Positions 20,101-30,268 of a DNA stretch of 36,710 nt are shown here, in pieces. The DNA comes from Cyclobacteriaceae bacterium (GTDB lineage: Bacteria; Bacteroidota; Bacteroidia; Cytophagales; Cyclobacteriaceae), in NCBI GenBank assembly GCA_947458795.1, contig CANHCD010000001.1, positions 1 to 36,710 of the forward strand. The letters run 5' to 3'. Within the stretch, counting starts at the first letter, position 1, and each line of letters begins with the position of its first letter. The translations under genes were made by a program, and so were the position numbers. Below the pieces are notes generated by a model, which saw only the letters and a program-made list of their open reading frames with translations, was not told the DNA's origin and did not search any database.

Positions 20101-20463
20101 AATGCGCTTACTTTTTCCACAGAATTGAGACTGCCCTTGTTTTCCTATTTAACTCGGGGGACCATCACCTCCAATTTCGTCAAGAATTTCCAGTTGGTTG
20201 GTTTTTATGATATTGGCTCTGCATGGAACGATGCAGCACCATGGGAAAAGGTCAATGATCAAAACACGGAAGTAATCAATACCACAGGTTCACCTTTTGT
20301 GATTGTCTTGAACAACTTTAATAATCCATGGCTTCAAAGCTACGGGGCTGGCCTACGTACCGTGCTAATGAATTACTACGTCAAATTTGATGTGGCTAGG
20401 CCTGTGAGAAATTATAAAACCGAAGACTTGAAATTTTACTTTACTTTGGGGTATAATTTCTAA
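17158..20463 (+). CDS. Outer-membrane protein: degenerate peptidase-like domain, TolB/WD40 propeller and Omp85-like barrel
   Basis: Signal peptide (AWA-Q), PDWYVDGIANY, FSPDG-type repeats, DLRGF motif, FYDIGSAW, SYGAGLR and terminal FYFTLGYNF. Start could be 17152, 17158 or 17164. Confidence 0.75.
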   Translation: MRMRVFRYLFLILFLGCGTEAWAQFDQERFGKNRVQHKEFNWYFYTSANFEVYYYDKGGVNAKMAIEFLESEFNKLTQNIGYVAYTKPRIYLYNSPEERLQSNLDLNAEQYTEEGQTKFTRLVAEVAYKGRMDLFKEDLLFATSKVIVREMLYGASVADAFQANLITNFPDWYVDGIANYLAKGWSREMDDYIRRYLKNTTNPKLHTLTDLEAGLVGQSIWNYISEKYGRRYVSSILNLSRINRSEENSIANTIGINIKSFLTDWQQFYLKVNEPVYSNFKTLDSKKAIASTSSRVDGAITDVKFSPDGLHLAYVLNNAGKATVWVRDLASGTQLRIYQGGSKHEELPPNLHAPVIAWRDSATLAIATFKRGLTTLRQRSLDGSSRDKVFLRNITQILSFDFNESGKNMVLSAISNGKTDLYTLNLRGQGKRLTDNIFDELTPVFLNDSTIVYSSNFTELPDSVLQKAPVLANFPAQYNLYRVQVLKDTTVYTKLTNANSKNTFPRKVNANNLVFLSDLSGISNLVKHNIGNQVSTQISSFDTSIEVFDVNSRMNKLAYAVRNGKESELFVDTYTGVDQFTPSTPRLQLAQAKELNERLAARRILEAKTQQATRAKQEKLAGPELVAPITSLDTISKKTSSLTTDRLRFETRRGVNTENYTFDSIPTKTPTSTGAVASNAEVGKSNLLETFRKQNLQKMVSGPRPMETQFFTNHINSRFVVDPLRGFGISLQGKMTDVLDNHLFMGGIMTSLDFDSGGDIWFEYEYLKSRLDFRGRYDRKTLRVTDGDFSFQKYVLTKVETGVSYPLTIHSRVYAAPFIAKTQYFNLNEDSLILSKIPELNELQVSYAGAKMEFVYDRTEPMGLYAFTGTKGKVGFQHYQGLNYGDRSFSNLYVDLRNYQKIHKNIVLASKFYFGSFMGSNPQTYLVGGMDNWMFNSFYNPPANRPEPSPVRNPNGLENSNLLFADFIDLRGFDYDEIRGRNALTFSTELRLPLFSYLTRGTITSNFVKNFQLVGFYDIGSAWNDAAPWEKVNDQNTEVINTTGSPFVIVLNNFNNPWLQSYGAGLRTVLMNYYVKFDVARPVRNYKTEDLKFYFTLGYNF

Positions 20464-20475
20464 AGCTTAATTCGT

Positions 20476-21354
20476 ATGATCAAATCCATGACTGGCTATG
20501 GCGTAGCCGGATTTGAGAACGAGCACCTGGCCATTCAAGTAGAAGTCCGCACGCTCAACTCAAAAATGCTTGACCTTTCCATTCGCAGTCCAAGACAATT
20601 TGCGGATAAAGAGTCTGAAATCAGAAATCGGGCTCAGGCCATATTAGACCGCGGTAAAGTCAGTATTTCCATTGATTTTTTGGTGAAAGGCAACCAAAGC
20701 TTGCCCGTTCAGCTCAATGAGGATTTGTTTAAAACCTACTACGCTACTTTTGAGCGCCTTGCAGCTTCTGTAGGGGAAAAGGGTACTGATTTGTTTAAGC
20801 TAGCGCTGCAGGCACCTCAAGTGATGGTGAGCACGGCCATGGATCGGGAGGATAGCGAGGATTGGGCTCAGGTAAAGTTGGTCTTAGAAGAAGCTTTGAT
20901 TCGCTGTGAATCCTTTCGGGTAGACGAAGGAGCTTCGCTTTTTGTCAAATTGAAAGAAAACATTGACCTCATCCGACAGGGATGGCAGTCCATCAAAGCG
21001 GAGGAACCAAATCGCAAGGAGAAAATCCAATCTCGAATTCGGGGGTATTTTTCCCAGTGGATGGATGAACATGCCTTTGATGCGAATCGCTTCGAGCAAG
21101 AACTGATTTACTACTTCGAGAAAATAGACATCAATGAAGAACTAGTTCGCTTGGAAACGCATCTTGACTACTTTATGAAGTGTATGGATACAGAAGTGAG
21201 TCAAGGGAAGAAGCTTGGATTTATCAGCCAGGAAATTGGCCGAGAGATCAATACCATAGGCTCAAAGGCCAACGATGCGGGAATTCAAAAGTTAGTCATC
21301 CAGATGAAGGATGAACTGGAAAAAATCAAGGAGCAATCGTTGAATGTGCTGTAA
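20476..21354 (+). CDS. yicC: YicC/YloC family endoribonuclease
   Basis: MIKSMTGYG, DINEELVRL, GKKLGFISQEIGREINTIGSKAN and ELEKIKEQ motifs. Confidence 0.95.
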   Translation: MIKSMTGYGVAGFENEHLAIQVEVRTLNSKMLDLSIRSPRQFADKESEIRNRAQAILDRGKVSISIDFLVKGNQSLPVQLNEDLFKTYYATFERLAASVGEKGTDLFKLALQAPQVMVSTAMDREDSEDWAQVKLVLEEALIRCESFRVDEGASLFVKLKENIDLIRQGWQSIKAEEPNRKEKIQSRIRGYFSQWMDEHAFDANRFEQELIYYFEKIDINEELVRLETHLDYFMKCMDTEVSQGKKLGFISQEIGREINTIGSKANDAGIQKLVIQMKDELEKIKEQSLNVL

Positions 21355-21453
21355 GGTCAATTAGTCAACGGACAGACAGTCCACGGTCCACGGCGCACTT
21401 TCTTGAACGGCAAGCCTTAATTTCATCCGTTGATGGGCGTGCTAGAATACTAT

Positions 21454-21487
21454 AAAAAAGGCCCCGCAAATGTGCGGGGCCTTTTTT
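21454..21487. terminator. Bidirectional intrinsic terminator downstream of yicC
   Basis: AAAAAAGGCCCCGCA-aatg-TGCGGGGCCTTTTTT, a perfect 15-bp inverted repeat. Confidence 0.9.
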
Positions 21488-21533
21488 GATTCACATTTTT
21501 TTGAGCTTCTGCCAATGCGTTCGGCTGATTGAG

Positions 21534-21565
21534 AAAAAAAAAGACCCGATTCGTATCGGGTCTTT
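21534..21565 (-). terminator. Intrinsic terminator of tonB
   Basis: AAAGACCCGAT-tcgt-ATCGGGTCTTT with an A9 run on the left (T9 on the minus strand), immediately after the tonB stop. Confidence 0.88.
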
Positions 21566-21569
21566 CTTA

Positions 21570-22253
21570 TTATCCAAGTTTGAATCGGATCGGTAGTCTC
21601 ATTCGCGTACGAACAGGCTTACCTCTTTGCTTTCCAGGATCCCACTTCGGAGCTGCTTTTACAATTTTCACTGCTTCTTCGTCGCAACCTCCGCCGATAC
21701 CTCTCAAAACTTCAACGTCTTGAATGGATCCATCGGTGTTAATAACGAATACAACAATTACTGTTCCTTCAACACCCATTCTTCTAGCTTGAGTTGGGTA
21801 TTTGAGGTTATCAGAAAGATATTTATTCCAGCCAGACATTCCTCCAGGAGGGTTAGGCTGAGTTTCTACTACGTCAAAGATGACATCGGCTTTTTCTTCT
21901 TCGATTACCACTTCTTTGATGGCAACTTCTTTGATCACCGTGGTTTCTTTTACGTCAACGTCAAAGTTTACATCGATTTTTTCTTCGATTTTCACCTCAT
22001 CTGGAATCTCTTGGATCACAGGCTGCTCCATCGGTGGTGGTGGCGGTGGTGGCGGTGGCTGCTGAGTAATGGGTACATCTAAGATGTCTTCGAAATTATC
22101 TGCAGTTTCACCTAAATCTTTTAGGGCGCTATCATCGTAAGACTTGTATTCGAAGGCAGCCAGAGTGAGACCAACTGCTACTGCAAGACCCAAGTTGGTA
22201 AACATACCCACACTTTTGTTCAAGTCAGCTTTAGGAGTCTTTTTTACTTCCAT
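21570..22253 (-). CDS. tonB: Energy transducer TonB
   Basis: N-terminal TM helix, nine-proline run and acidic linker, then TonB_C domain (LKYP..A...GVEGTV...W.PGKQRGKPV). Confidence 0.92.
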   Translation of the reverse strand: MEVKKTPKADLNKSVGMFTNLGLAVAVGLTLAAFEYKSYDDSALKDLGETADNFEDILDVPITQQPPPPPPPPPMEQPVIQEIPDEVKIEEKIDVNFDVDVKETTVIKEVAIKEVVIEEEKADVIFDVVETQPNPPGGMSGWNKYLSDNLKYPTQARRMGVEGTVIVVFVINTDGSIQDVEVLRGIGGGCDEEAVKIVKAAPKWDPGKQRGKPVRTRMRLPIRFKLG

Positions 22254-22321
22254 GATGAATTTTGTTTATGTAAAGGTTAATCGGTTTTATTTTCTCTAAC
22301 AAGTGTAAGAATTATTGGAGA

Positions 22322-22696
22322 TTAATCCAAAATGAATTTACAAGAAGGACGATATAAATATCCAAATAATCCTGAAATAACACCTAACACATTGATAGCT
22401 AGATCATTTAAATCAAAGCTCCGATTAGGGATTAGGTGTTGAGCGGTTTCTAAACTGATGCTTGGAATGAAAACCAACAGCATGAAGTTCAACCAAAGCC
22501 GCTTTTTTCTCCAAACTCCAACTTTTTTGTCCAAGCCCATACCCGTACCTAGGTATGCGAGCACAAAAAAGACAATGAAATGGATGATTTTATCTTGAAA
22601 GCTAACTACTGATACATCAGGTAAGGCAGTTCCTGGCGTAAGCATGGCTAGGCAACAAGCGCTTAACCAGGCTCCATACCAGACTTTCCGACTCAT
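22322..22696 (-). CDS. VanZ family membrane protein
   Basis: DKIIH, E..Q..IPNRSFD..D...N..G motifs. Typical position between gcvH and tonB. Confidence 0.85.
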   Translation of the reverse strand: MSRKVWYGAWLSACCLAMLTPGTALPDVSVVSFQDKIIHFIVFFVLAYLGTGMGLDKKVGVWRKKRLWLNFMLLVFIPSISLETAQHLIPNRSFDLNDLAINVLGVISGLFGYLYRPSCKFILD

Positions 22697-22702
22697 GCTG
22701 AT

Positions 22703-23080
22703 TTATTCTCCAATAAGCTCCTTGTAAGCTTCAGCATCCAAAAGATCTGCTGGAAGAGCTCCAGTAATTTTGACTTTCACCATCCAACCTTCGGTGTAGG
22801 GAGCGTCGTTGACAAGCTCTGGAGAGGATTCCAATTCATCATTGAATTCAAGGATTTCTCCGGTAACTGGCATGAATAGGTCAGAAACAGTTTTTACCGC
22901 TTCTACAGTCCCAAATACTTCTCCTGCTTCAATAGTTTCTCCTATGGTTTCTACTTCCACATATACGATGTCTCCCAACTCTTTTTGAGCAAAGTCAGTG
23001 ACGCCAATGGTGGCAATATCTCCGTCGATTTTGACCCACTCGTGGTCTTTGGTGTACTTAAGTTCTACTGGAAAATTCAT
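22703..23080 (-). CDS. gcvH: Glycine cleavage system H protein
   Basis: [18 protein letters not shown], lipoyl-lysine motif VEAVKTVS and PELVN..PY..GW. Confidence 0.97.
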   Translation of the reverse strand: MNFPVELKYTKDHEWVKIDGDIATIGVTDFAQKELGDIVYVEVETIGETIEAGEVFGTVEAVKTVSDLFMPVTGEILEFNDELESSPELVNDAPYTEGWMVKVKITGALPADLLDAEAYKELIGE

Positions 23081-23100
23081 GATGATTTTTTTAATTCTCT

Positions 23101-23108
23101 CAAAATTA
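23101..23108 (-). promoter_or_regulatory. Putative Bacteroidota sigma-A -7 element for gcvH
   Basis: Minus strand reads TAATTTTG, matching TAnnTTTG, about 20 nt upstream of the gcvH start. No clean -33 TTTG is seen. Confidence 0.45.
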
Positions 23109-23132
23109 AAAGTATTCGGGAGAGATTGAAAT

Positions 23133-26100
23133 CTATTGGGATAAATTAAATCTCAATTGCCCACCAAAAGCAGTATTTGATCTTCTGTAGGCGGTGGTTA
23201 CGCGAGGATCATTTACTGTTCGCTCAAAGTATAGCGTCAGATTCAAGCTTCGATTGATTACATAACTAAGCGTGGGTCTAAATTGGAAGTTGAAATTCCC
23301 ATTCGTGACCGTCGCTTTTTCTTCTATTTTCCGTTGCACCTGTTGGGTGTTGCCCACCTTTGTATCCAGACGCATTTGGAGGTCATTCTTTAAAATCTTC
23401 TGCTGCCCACTGATTTTAAATGGAATTTTCACTCCCGCCTTGGTGTAGGAGAGTGTCAATCCAAAATCACTGCTGGACTGCTCGGTGATTTGGGAATTGG
23501 AAAAATTCAAGCCCAAATTGCGCTCTCTGTTGTAGTTTATCGCAATATTCATGCGCTGCTTGGTCAAGACATCTACACCAATAAGTGGAGCAAATCGTTC
23601 GGTCAACACGACCTGATTCAAAATGTAGATTGGGATGAATTGTCCTTCTAGATTGGTGAGGTTGGGACGTTGAATCTGTTGTAGTGTGTTAAATAACTCC
23701 AAGCCTTTTTGGTATTGAAGGGAATTGGAGAAGTTGCTCACATCATAGGTCGAGCTGTAGGCATGGGTCAGGTTGATGCTACTGAAAAGATCGCTAAGTC
23801 CTTTCAATCGAGACAGCCCTCGGTAATCCACGCGCCAGTTTGGCAAAGGTGTTTTTGGGAACGGATTCAGATTCGCAGTAGAAGGGTCTTGACCTCGATA
23901 GGCCGCCAAGAAGGAAGGAATCAAGACATCCTGTCCATTAATGGGGAATTCTCCAGCTGCAGTAGTTTGTTGATCTAGGCGTTGTTTGAAGATGGCCCTG
24001 AAATTCTCAAAGTCGGTAAATAAAGCAGATTCGTTTTGGTCGTTATTTTTTGCAAATGTGGTTCCAATTAGGATGGTGGAGATGCTGTACGATCCCATGC
24101 GACTTGGGCTCAGTGATTCGAAAGTACCCGGACTGGCCACACTGTTTCTAAAGATTTCACTGTAATCTCCAATCTCTCGTTTATTGGCTTCTAAGGTTAT
24201 TCTAAAGTCACGAATAGGTTCTGCTAAGCCCTTGATGGAGAGGTTTATGGCTTTATTTTGTCGAAAACTCTGAGTCAATTCAGGGCTTGGAGCCATGTTT
24301 CCATTTTGCCCAAGCTGGTAGCGGAGGATTGGGTTTTGGCTTCCAAAAACAAAGGCCCATCCAGGGTTTTCCCAGGCTCGATCCATACCCAATAGCCCAG
24401 TATTGGGCATGTATCCAGGCAGGAATGTTCCTTCTATGATGCCATAGTTGAAGGTAACTTCCTTCAGCATCATGGCCAACTTGAGGATGCGTCGCGTCAA
24501 AGGTGTACCAATCGTATCGCTGGCATTTGTGCTTGCTCTGCCAGGGATGCTTGGTCGACTTGGAGCGTTGATCGCAGCGAGTGACTTGCTTTTGTTGTAC
24601 AGCTTGATCAAATCCAACTTGCCCGATAAGGTTTGTTCTCTGGTATTTTGGATCACGTTACCCAAGGTATCTCGCTGTCCGATCGCTCCTGTCTGCCAGG
24701 TGTAGGTGCTCAGGTGTCTGTAGTCGGTTTGAATCCAGTCGGTGATCGGAAGTTTGGCAAAAGGTAAGGTGTAATTTACTGTGGCTGAATGATTGTAATT
24801 CGTAGCCCGGCCAAAGCGAAGGAAGTTGGCTTTGACAGAATCAATCTTTGCTTGTGTGTCTAGATCGCCCTCGGGCTCATCTATGACCGCTGCTGCACTG
24901 GCGGCGAGTTCGGCTCGCAAACTGGAAGACAGATCCCAATTGATATTGAAAGAGCGATTCATGAAGAAGGACTTCTGAAATAAGGGATCAACCCCTGAAG
25001 TGCTGAGTTGATCATTTCGGTATTGAGACCTTGTAAATCTTCGGTCGACGTCCATTCGCGCCAACAGTAACGTAGGGGAAAGGTTGAGATTAATGTCCTT
25101 GATGAGTTTGAGGTAGGGGCTCTTCATGCCCTCAGACTTTTCAAAGGGGGCGATCTTTAGCTCCTTAGGTTGGTAGCTGTAGGTCACATTTCCTTTGTTT
25201 GTTTTGAAGTTGTAGTTCTGCAGTTGTGCATTGGTTTGTGTAACCGTACCCGTGGCATAGGAAAAAGCCAAATTGGATAGATCGTAAATACGACTCGGTG
25301 CTTCCTGATTTTTCTTCAGTTTTCGCACGTTATTCAAACTGATATTCTTTCGAGACAATTGATCCAAAGCGATGTCTCGATAGGCGTCTTTGTCAGCGGT
25401 GTTTGCAAACTTTTCTAAAGCCACTTCAAAGGGTACGTCCGGGTTAAGCGGATCGTATTCAGGTCTGGTAGATGAGTTTTCAACTGAAAAATAAAGTGGA
25501 ATACTTACTCCAAGCCCCTTGGGAAGAAGCTTGTCTACTTCCACATTGGTAGAGATGTCGTAATTGGTGGTCGCTTGTCGGCTGCGTTGTGAAAGTTTGG
25601 TTTCCAAGCCCCCAAACCCGATTGAATTGTGGCGAATGGAAGCAGATACTACGGCTACATCGGCAATCTTGGTGTTCAGGTAGGCATTGGCTGCCCAGCC
25701 ATTCGTTTTCGTAAATCCAGTCACCCGGAGTTCATTGGCCCAGAGACATATGCTCTTGGAGGACCCGATGCCTTTACCTGGATTTCGGACACCGATCATC
25801 ATCCCTTGAACCTGGTTGAGCTCCGGTCTACCCATCACCGTTACCTTGTATTGGCGAATCATCTTACTGAATGGAAGGGTCAATGGAGACTGGGTATTGT
25901 CCCGCTCTGCTTTGAGCCCCACAATTTCCTGAATGGCAATATCGATTTCGTTCGCCTCAGGCCATACGATTCGTGGGTCATTGCTTCCCAAAGAAGATAT
26001 TTTTAAGGGTACCTCAATCTCGTAGTAGTTGTCGGTGTAGTCTGTTCCTAATCTCAAGAAAGCGGATACTTCTCCATCCCGTGCATCTTCACTATTCGCA

Positions 26101-29100
26101 TGGAAAAACAACTTGATTCGCTCGTACTGAACCAAGTCAATGTTGATATTTTTGAATACGGCTCTGGCATCTTTGGGGGCCAAGTCTTCCACACACAGAC
26201 GAAGGGATTGTTCATTGAGTCTACGCTCAATTACGGAGGTATTGTCTCGATCCCGTTGAATTCCTGGAGGCAATACGTAAGGGCTTGAAGTCGCGCTGCC
26301 CTGTGCATTTTGCTCGATGTTTACCACATCTACCGTCAGGTTGGAGTTGTCAGGCTCGGGCAACTCAAAAAACCCACGTTCAAAGAGCGACTCTTGGAAG
26401 GCTCTCCATTGGCTGCCCACCATTCTAAATTCGGCCATTCTAAGCACTACAGGCTGCTGAAAGTCGGTGAGGTAAGTTCGTATCCATCGGATGGATTTGA
26501 ATCCAGAGATATCGCCTTGAACTCGATCTGGCTGGCGCACAGGAATACGGAATAAATACCAGTTAACTTTCTCTCCACCTTCGGTATGAGTCACCTGATC
26601 TACGATGTAATTGTTGCCTACCTTAAGTTGTCCCGGACGAAGATCGATTTCGTACTCATAGTAATTTTCGAGCTCGTTGATGGTATTGTCGGTATTCAGG
26701 TCTTCGTTGTCGGGCACATTCGTTCCCGATGGGGTATAAGGGAGATTTTGGTCTGCGGATATTGGGGTATTCCCCTCATTCCCATTGAATTTTTTGTAGC
26801 GCTCCAGAATTTTGGTGTTGGCTTGATCAAATTTCGAATCCAAGTAGTACTGAAATCCATCGGCAGAAACATCCTGCGTCAGTGCAATTTTTGCAGCAGG
26901 AGAGACGCTGAGTCGATCCAAAAATCTTCCTTTGAAATAGCTGGCTTCGTCTTCATTTTTGAGTCCATCAAAGCCTACGTCTTGATTGGCCCGAGCACTG
27001 GCTGAGTTGTCAAATGCAGGTAGCAAAAACTGCTGACGCGTAATTCTACCCCATTCGTTGGCAGCCGTTTCTGCAGGATTTCCATCTGCAGGTAGGCCAT
27101 TTTCAAATGCATGGCTTCCATCTTTGATGACATCTTCAGAAATGTCTCCAAGGTTTAAGAATAGTTTTCCTCCTGTGGTGTTGTTCTGATTGAAAATTCC
27201 ATCCAGCACTTTTCCATTTTCCCCAGGCAGAAAGGGGTCCATCATCCAAAATTCCACATATTCAATATTGGTTCGGTCAAAATCTACTTCGGTAGTGATC
27301 GCACGGGTCACCCCTCCGTAATTCTGCCTTGGATTAGGCAATAATCCTGCTGCAGTCAGCCCCGGGTTGTAATTGTACATGCCTCGCTCCTGAGGGAAAA
27401 AGGCCAGTTCAAATAGCGGTTGTGGAACAAGGATTACCTCCCGATCCTGATTCTTGAAAATCTCCTGAGGGATCACCCGCCTTACATAGTGGTTTCGACG
27501 ATCTTGAGCAGTGATGTTGCTGGGCACACCTGGTCCCCCATCTCGGTAAAAAATATTATCAATGTTATACCATGCCAAACGTGCACGGCGGTAGCCACTA
27601 CCGAGATTGTCCTCGGTTTGGTTGCTCAGATCAAATCGGTTGTCCGCAGTTTTTGGGGTGGAAGCCAACTTCCAATTTTGATTTGCTTGAGCTCCCAAAT
27701 AGAAGGGAGTGACGGCAGCTTCAAAGTCATCAATGTAGGATGCTGCATCTCCATTTACGGTATTGGAAGTTCCTGGAATGAGGTGGGCAAACTCGGCATT
27801 AAACTGTACGAGTGATTTTTCCTTGGTATCGGTGAAGGGTAGCGCATCGGCCAACTTGGTCAGAAAACGAGATTCACTGTTGTAGTTGACATCTAATCCC
27901 CACAAGCTATTTCGGAGTGTTTCATTTCCTGTGGCGATACGGGATATATTGGGACGTTCGTTTAGGAATAGGAAGGTGCCTCCAAGGGTCAATTTTTTAT
28001 TGGCAATGTAATCCAATCGCGTGCCGAGTAAACTTCTAGTTTGAAACGAAACTAAGTCTGCTTTCTCAAAGCTGACATTGATTTGCTTGCCAGATTGGAG
28101 GATGGCGTCGTTGATGATTACAAGTCGGCCAATGTTGTAATCAATCGTGAAGTCTACCCCTTCAGTAAGCGGAATATTCCCTGCTTGCACCGTCACGGAT
28201 CCTGGCGAAATATTCAAGCCAGGGAGTTGGATTTCGCTGGCTGAACCAGCCGTAAGCCTTCCTTTGATGAAGAATTTGTTGAGTCGGGTGACTAGCTCAG
28301 CATCTGCTTGTGTAGTTTGGTAGAGCGTATCATAGACGTATTTTTCCTGAAGTACGCGTTCATCGGGGTTGAATTTCCGTGCAAGGTTCGATCCAAAAGG
28401 TTCCAGGACTGGAAAGATGAGTAGCCCCCGATCGGAGAGCATTGTAATCCCTTCCACAAAATCAAAGTTCCCATCCGGGGCAGGGTCGTTTTGGGGGTTT
28501 AAGTTGTCCAAGCCTGTCAGGCGAATCAAGGGGATGTCCTTAACCTTGGCGCCTTCAAGTAGCGAGGGATTGTCTAGTCCAGTGCGGTCGTCTCGGTAGA
28601 TCACTTGCAATTGAAATCCATCTCGTGCGACTTGGCTTGCATTCAGGCTATAGATGTTTTTCATCATCAAATCCCAAGTAGGTACCCGTGTGTTGATCCG
28701 TGCAGGGCGGAGGAGTTTTAGAAAAATCAACTCGTCTTCTCCACGGGATTGGTAGTCTTCGGTCAGTTCACCCACTTTGAATACTTGGCCATTGTAGGTG
28801 TACTCGTAGGAAACTGCAATTACCTCGTCATTTTGCAACCTTCGAAAGAGGGAAATGAATCCCAGCTGTCCATTAAAAAAGAATTCGGTTTGGTCTAGCT
28901 TTCGTGCACCATTGATCTGTTCAAAGTCTACACCTTTTTTAATCCCTAGATCTCCCTCCATGGCACGAGCCCCAGAATCAAAGGGTCTAAATGCGGGACT
29001 GCCACTGATACTTGCATACAGTCGGTTGGCGCCATTGCTGGCAGGACTAGTAGCAGTTCCTGGTCCAATGGCAGGGTTTTTTGAGTTGAGTAGTACTTTC

Positions 29101-30257
29101 CCTTCACCAAGGTCCATAAATGCAGCAAAATTCCGGAGGGTTTCGGTATTCGTTGCCCGGTTCATTACGTACACTTCTACACGGGTGATGTTGACTCCAG
29201 AGGTTACTTGGGGTAGCCCTTTGAGCCAGCGTTCGTAATTTTCCCGAAAGAAATGACTGAGAAAGAAGTGACGGTTTTCGTCGTATTTGGAACCTTGGAT
29301 ATCAAATGCTCGGCCCTGCCCATTTGCATCAATCACCAAGTTGTCCCGTCTTCCCCGTTGTGTGGAGGCTACGGCAGTGACATTGAGCTTGCCAAATTTC
29401 ATCTCTGTTTTGACGCCAAAGAGATTTTGGGCGCCTTGGATGAGGCGATTTTGGATGGGTAAACTCACATTTCCGAGTTCAATCGATTGGATGATGTCTT
29501 CATCAAATCCATCGTATTCTAGTTTGAGTTGATTTTGAAAATCAAAGGAGTTGTTGGAGTCAAAATTGGCCCCAATCTTCAGTTTCTGCCCTAGATTTCC
29601 ATTGACAGCCATTTGGATTTGCTGTTGAAAATTGAAATTCCCATTTTTTTGCTGGCGGATAGGAATCGTAGGGTTGTCAATCCTTCGGAATATGGCTCCA
29701 AAATCAAGGTTGACATAGCCAGTGGGAATGATGTTAATCGAATCACCACCAAAGATGCGATCGAAGGTAGGGCTCATGGTAATGGGAGGAATGAGCCTTC
29801 GGCCTTCTACGGCGCTTTCGCCATCTATTCCTCGAGAGCGAGTTTTCCAGTAGTCTTGCCTAACCTGGAATTCTTGCAGTTGTGCGAATTTATCAAACTC
29901 ATATTCCTGCTGGTTGCCCAGTCGGGTGCTGTCCAATTGGTCCACAACCTGGTATTTTAGGGTAGAGTCCATCAAGACTTTAACGTCTCTATTTACTAGG
30001 GAACTAGGAAAAAAAGGAGATTTATGTGTTAAAAAAGGATTTCGATAGGGGTAGAGTGGGGCAGTTCTCCGTGTTTGCCAAAGCAAAAAGGAGGGGGCCA
30101 ATCTCCGCTCATTTAAGGAATCTATCCGGGACTTGGGACTAGCTATCTGTTGGGCTTGAAGGGTACTGATGGGAAGGAAGGCAAGGAGCAATCCAAGGAG
30201 GATAGTGATCCCCCCAATTGGATTTGTCATAAAGATACGTAAGTCCTGAACCTTCAA
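23133..30257 (-). CDS. sprA: Type IX secretion translocon SprA/Sov
   Basis: 2374 aa with [43 protein letters not shown] and WANELR motifs, and a barrel-type C-terminus. Follows ruvA. Alternative ATG start at 30230. Confidence 0.95.
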   Translation of the reverse strand: MKVQDLRIFMTNPIGGITILLGLLLAFLPISTLQAQQIASPKSRIDSLNERRLAPSFLLWQTRRTAPLYPYRNPFLTHKSPFFPSSLVNRDVKVLMDSTLKYQVVDQLDSTRLGNQQEYEFDKFAQLQEFQVRQDYWKTRSRGIDGESAVEGRRLIPPITMSPTFDRIFGGDSINIIPTGYVNLDFGAIFRRIDNPTIPIRQQKNGNFNFQQQIQMAVNGNLGQKLKIGANFDSNNSFDFQNQLKLEYDGFDEDIIQSIELGNVSLPIQNRLIQGAQNLFGVKTEMKFGKLNVTAVASTQRGRRDNLVIDANGQGRAFDIQGSKYDENRHFFLSHFFRENYERWLKGLPQVTSGVNITRVEVYVMNRATNTETLRNFAAFMDLGEGKVLLNSKNPAIGPGTATSPASNGANRLYASISGSPAFRPFDSGARAMEGDLGIKKGVDFEQINGARKLDQTEFFFNGQLGFISLFRRLQNDEVIAVSYEYTYNGQVFKVGELTEDYQSRGEDELIFLKLLRPARINTRVPTWDLMMKNIYSLNASQVARDGFQLQVIYRDDRTGLDNPSLLEGAKVKDIPLIRLTGLDNLNPQNDPAPDGNFDFVEGITMLSDRGLLIFPVLEPFGSNLARKFNPDERVLQEKYVYDTLYQTTQADAELVTRLNKFFIKGRLTAGSASEIQLPGLNISPGSVTVQAGNIPLTEGVDFTIDYNIGRLVIINDAILQSGKQINVSFEKADLVSFQTRSLLGTRLDYIANKKLTLGGTFLFLNERPNISRIATGNETLRNSLWGLDVNYNSESRFLTKLADALPFTDTKEKSLVQFNAEFAHLIPGTSNTVNGDAASYIDDFEAAVTPFYLGAQANQNWKLASTPKTADNRFDLSNQTEDNLGSGYRRARLAWYNIDNIFYRDGGPGVPSNITAQDRRNHYVRRVIPQEIFKNQDREVILVPQPLFELAFFPQERGMYNYNPGLTAAGLLPNPRQNYGGVTRAITTEVDFDRTNIEYVEFWMMDPFLPGENGKVLDGIFNQNNTTGGKLFLNLGDISEDVIKDGSHAFENGLPADGNPAETAANEWGRITRQQFLLPAFDNSASARANQDVGFDGLKNEDEASYFKGRFLDRLSVSPAAKIALTQDVSADGFQYYLDSKFDQANTKILERYKKFNGNEGNTPISADQNLPYTPSGTNVPDNEDLNTDNTINELENYYEYEIDLRPGQLKVGNNYIVDQVTHTEGGEKVNWYLFRIPVRQPDRVQGDISGFKSIRWIRTYLTDFQQPVVLRMAEFRMVGSQWRAFQESLFERGFFELPEPDNSNLTVDVVNIEQNAQGSATSSPYVLPPGIQRDRDNTSVIERRLNEQSLRLCVEDLAPKDARAVFKNINIDLVQYERIKLFFHANSEDARDGEVSAFLRLGTDYTDNYYEIEVPLKISSLGSNDPRIVWPEANEIDIAIQEIVGLKAERDNTQSPLTLPFSKMIRQYKVTVMGRPELNQVQGMMIGVRNPGKGIGSSKSICLWANELRVTGFTKTNGWAANAYLNTKIADVAVVSASIRHNSIGFGGLETKLSQRSRQATTNYDISTNVEVDKLLPKGLGVSIPLYFSVENSSTRPEYDPLNPDVPFEVALEKFANTADKDAYRDIALDQLSRKNISLNNVRKLKKNQEAPSRIYDLSNLAFSYATGTVTQTNAQLQNYNFKTNKGNVTYSYQPKELKIAPFEKSEGMKSPYLKLIKDINLNLSPTLLLARMDVDRRFTRSQYRNDQLSTSGVDPLFQKSFFMNRSFNINWDLSSSLRAELAASAAAVIDEPEGDLDTQAKIDSVKANFLRFGRATNYNHSATVNYTLPFAKLPITDWIQTDYRHLSTYTWQTGAIGQRDTLGNVIQNTREQTLSGKLDLIKLYNKSKSLAAINAPSRPSIPGRASTNASDTIGTPLTRRILKLAMMLKEVTFNYGIIEGTFLPGYMPNTGLLGMDRAWENPGWAFVFGSQNPILRYQLGQNGNMAPSPELTQSFRQNKAINLSIKGLAEPIRDFRITLEANKREIGDYSEIFRNSVASPGTFESLSPSRMGSYSISTILIGTTFAKNNDQNESALFTDFENFRAIFKQRLDQQTTAAGEFPINGQDVLIPSFLAAYRGQDPSTANLNPFPKTPLPNWRVDYRGLSRLKGLSDLFSSINLTHAYSSTYDVSNFSNSLQYQKGLELFNTLQQIQRPNLTNLEGQFIPIYILNQVVLTERFAPLIGVDVLTKQRMNIAINYNRERNLGLNFSNSQITEQSSSDFGLTLSYTKAGVKIPFKISGQQKILKNDLQMRLDTKVGNTQQVQRKIEEKATVTNGNFNFQFRPTLSYVINRSLNLTLYFERTVNDPRVTTAYRRSNTAFGGQLRFNLSQ

Positions 30258-30268
30258 TTCAGTGGAAA

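Noticed and set aside
21627-22082. Antisense ORFs with WWWRWWRW and poly-Gly runs, and the GGT/GGC repeat
   Set aside because: These are the reverse complement of the TonB polyproline codons, not a peptide gene or repeat array.
22322-22696. vanZ as a glycopeptide-resistance locus
   Set aside because: No other van genes are present, and gcvH-vanZ-tonB is a routine Bacteroidota arrangement.
23709-29960. Many 60-140 aa ORFs antisense to or nested in sprA, with similar ones in other genes
   Set aside because: They have no recognisable motifs and are the expected shadow ORFs of long genes.
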